From NCBI GenBank assembly GCA_965285935.1, contig OZ260661.1, positions 46,314,001 to 46,378,000 of the forward strand: a stretch of DNA of 64,000 bases, in the 5' to 3' direction. The position numbers and the translations under genes are program-made. The stretch comes from Ophelia neglecta (lineage: Eukaryota). Shown here one piece after another: positions 53,301 to 64,000 of the stretch; positions within the stretch are counted from its first letter, which is position 1, and every line of letters begins with the position of its first letter. The notes under the pieces were generated by a model, which had not been told where the DNA came from, did no database searches, and worked only from the letters and a program-made list of their open reading frames with translations.

Positions 53301-56300
53301 CTTTCGAAATGAAATCGTTCCACCGCGTAGGATCTCTCCGGTTAACGTCACACAGAGAGATTCATTTACATCGAACAAGCGCAATTATTGCATTTTCTTG
53401 ATCAACATGATCACTGGCAATAAGAAAAGATTAATGTTGGTGCCAGGTAGATGTGAACTTAAAGCAGCATGCAGGCTTATTTGTTTCACTGGAAATATTC
53501 TGTCACGAAGCACAACTGATTCCATTTTATAACTGTAAATTATATGTATTCGTCAATTTGAACCAGCTACCATTAAGCGTTCATATAGGTCCTAAATCTT
53601 ACCCTTATCTAAAAGAGTGGTCATTTTCTTTAACCACTTCAGTTCTGAATTTCCTGACATTATTAATAACAAACATTTAGAAAATAGCAGCATTTAAAAT
53701 GAGTACCCCAATTATTCATAAGAGAAAACTAATCATATCAATAGATATGTTTTATTCTCATGCTCTGGGGAATGAAAGGCAGGTAACTTTTACGCAATCA
53801 TGAATGGGTTGCTATGTAAACGAGAAAGTACAAAATTTTAACGGTTTTTTATTTTTTAAAGTATATATCATAAATAATATTTTTGAATTAATCGTTTTAT
53901 AAACAAATGTCCTGCATCTGAATCTACATCAAAAACTATCAGACACATGTTTCTTTTCAATTTTGAGACTTCTCCTTCATTTAACTATAGATTTTTTAAA
54001 TGAATAGGCCTAATTGCATGTTAAATATAATATTTGCTACAATACATTTTACATTTATGACTGAAGAACTGCATATTATATTTGAAATCTGCTAAAACAA
54101 AATTGTTCTTAACCAATGAGGGTAATTGACAAAGTCATGAGGCCAATTTTGCAACTAAATCATTAAATTCACTTGGAAATGAACCAAATCTTGATGATAT
54201 TCAATGTTTAAAAGATCCAAAGATCCAAATATATTATTTTATTCTGTATACCGGCCTATAAGAGGTTAGGGGAATATCCCCTATACTAGTCATACTTATA
54301 TACATATATACATACACCGTATACATATGGTCTTGAGTATTTGGATTGAACGAGTATTTGGATTGAACGCTGAAGTTAGTTCAGGGACACGTAAAAGCCT
54401 TCTGCGAGTTGAGAAATTGGCCAAACACTTCTTAACTCTATACTGCTTGGGGTCAGTAACTAAATATGTTCCATTACAGCACTAAGAACCAGTTTATTAA
54501 CTGATTGTGACCGAAAGAGGGCCTAGCTCCCAAGATCCGAAATAATAGCAGCACAGCCATTGTGCGCCTGTCAATCTCAACCTTCAAGAATGTAGCTTGT
54601 TTCACTCAGCCAGCCCCAGGTCGTCGAGTTTTAGGGGCTATGAATAGCATCACCGGATTTCTGTTTGTGCAAAAATAACAATTGAAATGTAGAAGCGCAT
54701 ATCTTTACCAATCAAACAATGATTCACTTCGAAGTAGGACACTGTTAAGCAAGCTCTCTTGTTTGAATACTGAGTGACATCAGTGGGACGGCAAACTGAT
54801 TTTCCCTCTGGGTCTGAGAGAACGACACAACTCGACAAATGAGGCCCCAGACCAAACCAGAAGAGAGATTTTGAGGCCTCATATAGGCCTATCAAAAGGA
54901 GAAAATAAATACCATATCGTTATATTTCGCACGTATTGCTCACCATTTGAACTAGGCTAGTATGTATTTTAATCTATAGCCATTTTCTTTAAGAGCTACC
55001 TTCTTTAATTGCCGTTCATCTCATGTTGAAACTTCAAACCAACTCATCTCTTCGTTTTAAATGGTTTGAGAGATTTCTTGGGTTTCCACTAGGAACATAA
55101 ACTAACATACCTAGCCAATCAAAATACGAGAAGCACGTCTGGAACTTTTATACTGATCCAGGCCAACTGTTGGCACTCAATATCGGTCTAAAATGACTGT
55201 TTATCTCCTTGTACTTCTTAATTTGCATTTAGAATTACCTTAAGAAGTGTCAATTAGGCTCCAATATGGGAAAAAATAAGAATTCATTTGGTACTTCAAA
55301 GGTTTAGCAGACGAGTGTGCACAAGAGGTGTACTAATGTGTTTTTTCCTCGACGAATAGTCCTCTTAGCTTGCGCAAATACGACTTTCCATTTAGAGCGA
55401 TAATGGGCCAAACAAGTAAATGTGCCCTTAAACGGATCGGCTGTAGACAACGAATAGAGAGAGCAAATAGAGTAAAATGTCCGGGGCTCGCTGTCCCTGT
55501 ATATAAACATATCTATGTGTATGAATACCACCTCAGCTCACCGCTAAGCCAATAACTCGTCATTGATCTCCTAATCGATCACAACCAGCATGAGAAAATA
55601 GAGACAAACTTTAGAACCGGGCTCATGACACATTTTCAAAAACACTGGTTGCTTACTGTTTGAAATAACTTTCAATGCACATTATCGTAAACATTTACTT
55701 AGTATCTTTGTGTATTGCAAGGTGTCAATGTGGCTTAAATTGTAATTGAAATAAAATTTCTCCCGCGGGGGGAGGGGGAGGTCCTAGGCAGATCTTCTGA
55801 CCTTCTGAGTATTTAATTGTACATATTTACAGAGTTAAAAATAATAAAAACCGATAGTTGTGAGGAAACAGTTAGAGGGCCAATTACGTCTCAGTATTTC
55901 AATATCTTTCAATCTGCTTTCCGTATTCTTCCGATTCTCAGAAACTATTAATTTCCTCTAGTTCAAAAACCATTTAAATTGCATTCTTCTTCTGATAAAT
56001 ATGAAACCGTCATGGTAACATTTACGAGAGAAAAAAACCAAGACATGTACAAGCAATAAAAACATATCTCACACGCTTATTAATTTTGATGAAGCAAAAT
56101 AATCTAGTTCTTAATACTGCACCATGAAATATAGTAGATTTGTTGCAGTAGAGTTAGTGCCTGAACAGACCTGTGTGTCAAGAGAAATAAATATAGACCT
56201 TTAAATTCACGTTTTCTGACTAATCTCACATTATTTGACACGATCATGGCTTGTACTAACAAATGTCATTTACTTGTGGTTAGACTCCCAGCGTCAATTG

Positions 56301-59300
56301 CTGTACAGACTCTGACCAAATCCCGCTAACAAATTTAGGAAAATGTAATAATGGGGGAGCAGGCCGCCACGTCGCCTCTGAGAGTTTCCTGACACCTAGG
56401 TCATTATCTCGAGGATAAATTTCATCGGGTGAAAGTGTCTCGGAGAGTCTTAAGATCCAGAGCGAGGGGACTAAGAGCTCTATGCCAACCTCTTCACACA
56501 ATGAACCCACCAAAAACTTAGAAAACTCTCCAAACCCTCTCGACAAAGTCTCTATTTAGCCCCATTTAGCAATAAATTGGATTGCTATGTCGTAGTGGTC
56601 TTGATATTGCACAATCTGTCTGCTTACATTTGTCTCTCGCTGTGATATTTATTTAGGAGATTTGTGAATATTGCAATTGTGAAATTGTTTCCGTGACAAG
56701 AATTTGAAATCCCGTGAATTAAAACTATGTTATTTTCTAGTAGGCATATATTGGCGAATTTTGTGTCAATTTAAGGACGCCCCCTTCCGAAACATAACCG
56801 ACGTGATAATGAAACCCGACACTCACAAGCTAATTGCAGGTTGTAATTTAATTTACACGAACATGGGCGGTCAGAGTTCATTTTTGGAGAGTGATTTGCC
56901 GCTAATTACTCTGAGTATCTGGCATGACCTCCATCGCCAAGGCAGCCATTTTGTGTGAAAGGAACGCGGTTTGTTTTGGTCAGTACACTACCTCAATATT
57001 GGCCTGATCCCTTTCTGTTGGTGTGCCAAAGTGACCAAAATCACATAAGAAATATTTGAGAAAGCTATTTAGAAACAATAAGAGCTAACAACAGAAGGTG
57101 TTCTGAATTACAGTCAATGTTGACAGTATACTTGTGCTGAAATCGTTACTTTAATCAAGACGGGGCAGGAAATTCGAGGGGATATTGAGAATAGAGTGCT
57201 TGCTCTTAATCATTATGCAGCAATTTGTTGACAGTGCGACAACACGGCACATGATATGACCATGATAATCTACGATTAACATTAACACAAGTAAAGTCCG
57301 TTTGATTTGAAATGTGTTTCACCGTTGGCACCTGTGCCTACGATGGCAGGATATAATTTGTCTCCGTGTTTACATTCAGTCCGGTCCAGACATCGATCAC
57401 TCGGATACTTTACTTTTTACATTGTTCCTGGCTCTGTGTAAATAAAGGATTCCATCAATTCTGAAGCTATTTCGTTTTCTGATTGGCTGCCTTTCATTTA
57501 GACAGATGGGGCATTTACAGCGCGGCAAAAAGGCCAGACGACACATACAGGCAAACCGTCGAGAAAGCCAACTTATAGTTATATGTGTAGATCTTTTCTC
57601 AAGCTGTTGGAAAGCGCTATAAGTGTGTTGAGAACAGATGACACGATATTTATTGTCCAAAGGACATAAAAGTTAATGCAGAAGTATTTTGGTTGATTTA
57701 GTCTAATTAACTTAACCTTAGCCATGGAATTTTCCCAGCATTGAGGCAATAAACGATGAGGATCGACCTGCTGTATACTCTTACCGGACTGGTTACATTA
57801 TCCTTCGATCGAGATATCGTTCATACAAAGCATATTAACGCGGTTTACTTAATTGTACACCATTGATGAGTCCTATATTTTATATAAGATTTTGTTATCC
57901 ACCCTCATCTAGTCGATATTATTGCATTTTCTGTATAACATTTATTTGTGTCAGCTGCCAGCCGAGCCGACGCGTAGCTTTCCAGTACAAGATAATCGGT
58001 AATTTTGGATAGCCAAGCCATCAAACGTGCCCGAAGCTTTGATATTTCTCGCCCATTTGCCAATGAAGATCTAAGTGAGCACACTTGTGACGGAGAAGAG
58101 AACATCTCTGCATGTTGTGACAAAAGACTCATCATGGAGCCGACACAATGAGCAGAGCTCTGTGCTGCCTGGCACAAAGACCCGCTGATGAAGACTCTTG
58201 TCGGCTGCTCAACGCGGTATCAGTCGTCTGCCTCGAGGCGGCCAGCCCGGGAAATCGACAAATGTTGTAGCAACTGGGGATAAATATTGAAAGCTCTCTT
58301 GATTGACCATTTTAGGCTTAACGAAGCGGAAGGCACTGCGGGTCAAACGCTACTTTGCCGGGCTAGTTCGCTGAGTAATGTGTAGGCAAAGTCCGGCAGG
58401 TTGACTCCGGGCGGTTTTTGACAACGATACTAGATTGAGTCGGAACAACAGATTGAAGCTTTTTGCACCCTTTATGATCCCTTGAATTAAATTTCACCAA
58501 TGGCAGTTTCATACAGCCAGTATACAAAGCATGCACAAATGTATGTAGGCCAATAGCTGCATTTACCATGCAGGCCAATGTAAGCCTACAAATATGTCTA
58601 GCCCCCCTTTTGTATATAATCTGTGTTGACATTCGACTGAAATAGGCACCTAAAAAATTGCGAATCTAAAGCAACCTGATAGAATTTAGTCGAGTTACAT
58701 CCTGTTTGGTTTATACCGTTCTGTGAAATAATTAGAGGGAAAACTGAACCATTGACTGAGAAATATCAATATCTGGATTAGATGAGCAATGTGTCTATTA
58801 AGTCAGTGAGAGTATAAGGCTTCCAGCTGGAGGGAAACTTCTCTGTAATTACTTAAATGTCCTCGATTGGTGGTCAGTAAGCAATCAAAGTCTAGCTTCT
58901 CACATCTTCCACAATAACACACTCGGCTTTCCGGAGGCGATGGCCAACTGGCCATTTCGTTTTGTCGAAGTTGGCAGTACAGTCAATCACATCGCATGCT
59001 GCTCATGGCTCACTGCATAGTCAATTTCCTACTAAACGTCACTTAATTTGGCGTAAAGTTGTAGAATAAATCGGGGAATTAATTAGAGGATGTTTGTTTC
59101 TGTGGAAATGATAACGTTATTAGATGCATTAGCGTAGATGAAAGGGCATACAAGAGCAGAAAATCTGCCCGATATCCTAGTTCAACAACAGGCCTATCCA
59201 AGCATGCGTGGAATGATGGCGATCATGAGCAGGTTCATTATCAAGATTATTACAACATGCACAACCCATTTGATCTTCGAATGTGCAATACTCGATTGAA

Positions 59301-61591
59301 TTATCATTGAATCTCTTCAGATACATTGCCGTTTTCATCGAGGCGAGGTGATGACAAATTCAGCCCTCATTGCTTTTTTCCTTTAGACCTATACAATACG
59401 TAATTGCATGCAACCAACGTCATGTTCAGGCGGTCTTTGTCAGAATACGGATGCACCCACATACTTGACAGTCTCGTCTGACTATGGTTGTCTAAAAATG
59501 TCACGTCAAAACTGTGCCGTGTTCGTATGTACTGGTTTGTGAAATGTTGGCACTGAATGCCCCGAGGCCTTGGAGCAATATTACCACTATCACTCTCAAT
59601 AATAACATACTTATAACTCTTCAAACTGCCAAAGAAAATATGATTATTGAATAATATCCTAAAGGTCATATATTCCAAAGAATACAACCCGAAAACCAAT
59701 AACTCTCTGAGAAAAGGCTTGTCCCATAGTATGCTAGACAACTTTCAAGTTGTTACCAAGCAGGGATGCAGCCCTTTCTTTACAGCCAGAAGAGCCATTC
59801 TTATTGTCATATATTTTATTTGCAGAAATATATATATACACCTATTAGCAGTCCAGGCTTTTTATTCAAACACTAGGAACAAAGGAAAAATATCATTTCC
59901 ACATCTCTAAGCTGTATGTATCATTCAAGTGCCTGAGTGTTTACAGACAGCAATACCTTTTTATCCTAGCTTTTCATGTGAAATTAAAATGGTGGTACTA
60001 AGCCTTAACGCGGTCTACCTATGCTATAGCCACTCGTTTTAGTTGGGCCTTTAATATATAAACTAAAATGTCAATCTCGGCTTCTTGTCACATTTCTACA
60101 TATTAAGAATGGCAGTATTCTTCGGGGTGTTCATTTTTGTGCACAAATGATAATCGGAGTCCTTTAATTCCGAAGATGCGTTCTTAGCTTTCAATCCAAC
60201 CCTCAGTGATATTTTCTGCCTCAACTCGCAGCTCAAAGTTGGGTTATTATTGCTGTGCCGTGTAAAGGCCTATGATTGAGTTGTCCTAAATGCTATAGAA
60301 TTTTACAAGAATGGCGTGGCGTAAATCGTACTTTTGCTGTACCACTTCAGCGATAAAACTTCGACAATATCATTTTCCCCGACTAAATTGAGTCTGCCGG
60401 CTTTGAATGACGTAACTGATGCCTGAACATTTCAATAAAATATATGGATTGTACCTAATCAAGAATAAACGATTGTGGAGTGCATTAGAACGATGGGAAA
60501 CAAGTTTTGGAATCTAATCAGAGGGAATAGTGTGTGTTTGGCGCCATACAAAGAATATTATTGGTGGCTGTAAGGACTTTTTAAGTCCCATCCAATGTGC
60601 TAGTTGGTCTGGTGAACCACTCATCATAATGATAGCTTTTTGAAAGCCTTCAAAACTAATACTCCGCCATTACGTCAAATGGTCGACGAAAATAAAGCGT
60701 ATTAACACCGTGCTGCTGACGCAATGACACCTCAGTTTGCACTTATTCAGGTTATGTAGTCTTATATGCGTATTGTGCTTTCTTTTAATTCGATTTGTAT
60801 TTGATAGAAAGGGTTTAGCGGTGTGTGTTATCTTAGCACGGCTGGCAGCATTCAATAGGCGGTATTCCCATCAAATTAAGCATGTATCGCTGACACGAAA
60901 AGTATTGGTCTCGGGGGCTATGACCAGCTGGTTGGTTATTTCAACATCATTTCACTTCTAAAGGCAAAATATTGTAAAACTGTCGCTGATATTTTTCAAT
61001 TAAATTATATGAATGGACGGACAAGTTGCGATTCAAACGGAAGGTTAATATTGCGCTTTGATTTTTTGTAAATATCGCTCCAACATGGCGGAAGAAAAGT
61101 GAACTTTCTGGAGTTCGTTTGACTGCATGTGTGCTAGAACTCGTATTGAATTCGAGGCCGGCCAACATTCCTTAACAAATATGAAACGCTCGATAAAAAA
61201 CACAGCGCCAACTATTGACATTTACACTACAACTCCCATTCGACTTACATACCATTAATTTCCATTCTTAAGAGGGCGTGAAGAACAAGCCCGATTTGAC
61301 CGCTTTATTAATCATATTAAGGGATTGCCATAGCAAATGCTTGATTAGTAGATTTGAATACTAAATGTGTGTTCCACGCTGTGTATGTTTAGTTTACGGA
61401 TCATGGCCTTAGAAAGGCGAGAGCGGACGGATAAACCAGGCAATTTCTTGTCAAATACTTGACATCTGTGAGTGGTTAAAGGACATGTCAATTGGGAAAC
61501 GGATACAGGACACTTTGCACCCAATTTCCCTCTAAGAGTTTAAAGTTCGGTATAGGCCTAGAGCTGAAGGACAAAAATGAAGAAATCGTAC
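50342..61591 (-). other. Six3/6: Six3/6 intron (11,250 bp, GT-AG, phase 2)
   Basis: Donor AG|GTACGA at 61591. Acceptor TTTTGTTTTTGTTGTTACAG|A ends at 50342. The join restores AG+A = Arg and continues in frame (KNR-LLNHGG). The position just after the homeodomain is typical for this family. Confidence 0.88.
54335..54368. repeat. Perfect 17-bp tandem duplication (GAGTATTTGGATTGAAC x2)
   Basis: Directly visible. Confidence 0.85.
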
Positions 61592-62226
61592 CTGTTTTTG
61601 GCTGCCGCGGCCCGGTCTCGTTGTCTGCGGTTTTTGAACCAGTTGCCCACCTGGGTGGGGGTGAGTCCTGTTCCCTGGGCCAACTCACGTTTCTTGGCGG
61701 GGTTGGGGTACGGGTCCTGCAGGTACCATTCCCTCAGGAGGTTCCTTGTCCTCTCCTTGAAGCAGTGTGTCTTTTGCTCTCCGTCCCAGATGGTCCGGGG
61801 CAGGGGGAACTTCTTTCGGACGCGGTACTTGTCGACGGGCCCGAGGGGCCTGCCCCGCAGCCTCTCAGCCTCCTGGTAGTGGGCTTCCAACCACATAGCT
61901 TGCAGCTTGGCATGGGACTCCCTGGTAAACTTGTGGGTTTCCAGGATGTGGTACAAGTCCTTAAAATTGCCGGTGTGGAAGGCTACCAGACAGCGGGCCC
62001 TAAGAACAGATTCGTGTCTGTTTAGGGCGTCGCAGGCGGAGGGGTTGACGGGCAGGGACCACAGGAACCGTCCGAGTCTCTCGATGTCCCCGCTCTCTTC
62101 CAAAGTCTCACAGACCTGTGCCACTTGCTGCGGGGTAAAGTTGAGGGTAGGCAAGGGCGGAAACATCATGATCAATCCCGGGGGGAAGGGGCTAGGCTGG
62201 CCAGGCGGGCCCTGAAGCCCCTTCAT
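61592..62226 (-). CDS. Six3/6: Six3/6 (optix-like) homeobox transcription factor, coding exon 1 (SIX domain + K50 homeodomain)
   Basis: Translation contains [35 protein letters not shown] (SIX domain start) and [68 protein letters not shown]. The QKTH tetrapeptide is diagnostic of the Six3/6 subfamily. First in-frame ATG is at 62226 (gcaATGa); the ORF track start at 62250 is a GTG. The exon ends at AG|GTACGA, a phase-2 donor inside the Arg of KNR. Confidence 0.97.
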
Positions 62227-62439
62227 TGCCTCTAACTTGGAGATATCCACTTTGGCTGTTCTGTGTAAGTCCCAAACAGAAAAAGTGGCGATGTATTACG
62301 ACAGCTGGGCGAACTAGGGAACGATCTGCGCGCACAGACTGGCTGTGTCGGCCTCTCGTTTACAACAGCTTGTTATGAGCTCTCCTCTATGATCATCAAC
62401 ACTATTATACTAAATGTCGGGGTGGAGCTTCATTCTATT

Positions 62440-62600
62440 TCATAGAACTGCTAATGCCAGGTCACGGCCCCGCGAGCTGCCTAGCGCGACCCGAGTGTCG
62501 TCTGCAGCGCGCGCTCTGATTGGTCGGTCTGCTATCTAGTCAACGATCATTGACGGAGTGAGTGCCAATCACTGTCAGGGAAGCCGTCAGCCCGCAGAGC
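62440..62600 (-). promoter_or_regulatory. Six3/6 proximal promoter (CpG-rich, two oppositely oriented CCAAT boxes, TALE/Meis site, Inr-like GCAGTT)
   Basis: CTGACAGTGATTGGCA at 62578-62563, CCAATCA at 62523-62517, CpG-rich stretch 62460-62520 and GCAGTT at 62451-62446, all 220-350 bp upstream of the ATG. Confidence 0.55.
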
Positions 62601-64000
62601 CATTGCCTATACTCGCCTTCCAAGCCGGCAACCACTCGCTCCTTGAAAGCATTGATCGAGATTCTCACTTCTGGACAGATACAGATAGCCAGACCCCTTC
62701 AACTCGCTCTATACAAGTCTCGTCAGCGATAGCTGCAACTTAGATAGTATTCGTTTCGACCGCTTATTCAAAAGCAAAGATATAATTGAAGAAATAGGGT
62801 TATACTTTATATAAAATCACTTATGTTAATGACACCGATACTTTTAATTCCACAGACTAATAAGATTTAGATAGGCGAGGAGATATTTGGCAGGTCTGCA
62901 GGCTACATCCTCCGGTATAACTTCTTTATATTGATTCACCAATCTCTGACAAAAAAGGAAGATGCCGGGCTCTTCTGGTTGACATGGGGCATCGTTTCAT
63001 GCGCTATAAAGAGATTGCTGCGTGTAATTTCAAGAGTCATAGCAGATTTGACAGCTCACTAAAGAATAATTTCTGTTTGCATTAACAGATTAATCCTGCA
63101 TTCGTTAGAGATAATCAATTTACTCGTTTCTTGCGAGGTAAGCATCACGAGTGAGAATGACATTAATTTGATATAACGAAATTGTCACTAGTATTGCTCG
63201 TCAGCCGTCTGCGAGTGTTTTTGTTATGAGTTTACTCATAATGTGCCTCGCCATTTGTACCGGCTTTCTTTGGAAAAGTAATATTCCGATCAAAAACAAA
63301 TTGAATTTGTCCATTGTTTTGGTGGCTCTTTATCAAGAGAAGGATATTAAGAGTCACGCAAGTTGCAGTGCCTAGATACGCTTCCTAATCCAAACAATTA
63401 CGTCGGTTTAGCTGGGACTAAACACACTATCAGATCAAATTCGAGGCTGCGGAGAAACCACCAGTCGAAAACTGTGAGGCACAAACGGCATGATCCGGAG
63501 CCTGGCGTGGGAAACTTCACCAATAAGCTTTGTTAAGCTAGAATATTATCGTTGAGTTTTACAAATTGGCCGAGCCAAACCGCTAGAAACAGAGGCATGG
63601 GCTGGCTTTGTGCTGGCGGATCCCGGAGGTGAATCAAATAGCTCCAAAATGTGCCATCACGCTGGGCACATTACATAAACACCAATTAATGTTGGCTTAC
63701 CAACCTCCATAGGTTTTGGCACATTATATATTACTTACCCAGAGACAATAAAATGCAAATCTGTTTAAGACCGGATCCCATAATTGTTCGTCTACGATAA
63801 CTATATAATTACGGCATGGAGCTATCCGTTTCTCCGAGACCTGTTTAAATACGCATCCTATTGATAATTAGTTCATTAGCAACCAACATTCTAGACGGTC
63901 CTCAAAGGGCCCGACAAATCAAAGCTTAACTTAATATGGATAATGAGCTAGGGCGTCTACAAAGCTAACAGTAGCTGGGTTTTTGTTACCAAATTGAATA

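Noticed and set aside
61558-61591. ORF-track tail [10 protein letters not shown]
   Set aside because: This is translation into the intron past the AG|GT donor; it would be real only if the intron is retained.
61492-62215. Plus-strand ORFs of 177, 100 and 102 aa
   Set aside because: Antisense shadows of Six3/6 exon 1.
29032-63513. Three perfect Su(H)/CSL sites (29032, 39023, 63506)
   Set aside because: About one is expected by chance on both strands of 64 kb, and they are not paired or clustered.
1-64000. Prokaryotic systems (CRISPR arrays, operons, rRNA)
   Set aside because: None seen; the spliced homeobox gene, CCA-less tRNAs and LINE/MITE content show this is an animal nuclear locus.

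Overview
Eukaryotic (animal, probably marine invertebrate bilaterian) genomic DNA, AT-rich and almost entirely non-coding. The only protein-coding gene I can support is a Six3/6 (optix/Six3/Six6) homeobox gene on the minus strand: exon 1 CDS 62226-61592 (SIX domain + homeodomain), an 11,250-bp GT-AG intron, and exon 2 from 50341 to a TGA at 50145-50143 (277 aa). The main discovery is a candidate programmed stop-codon readthrough cassette at that stop. It sits in the leaky context UGA-CUAG, is followed 5 nt later by a GC-rich stem-loop of about 70-85 nt, and the same frame stays open and GC-rich for 157 more codons to a second TGA at 49671-49669, where the sequence turns AT-rich. This predicts a 435-aa C-terminally extended Six3/6 isoform. 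The left third of the window holds two identical tRNA-Gly(TCC) genes, TIR MITEs and decayed LINEs, including an L2-like element with an internal ~820-bp inversion. The rest is a TE-poor gene desert with enhancer-like blocks and CTCF-like motifs, and the palindrome TAGGCCTA is strongly over-represented throughout. All calls come from reading the sequence by eye; no database searches or folding programs were run.
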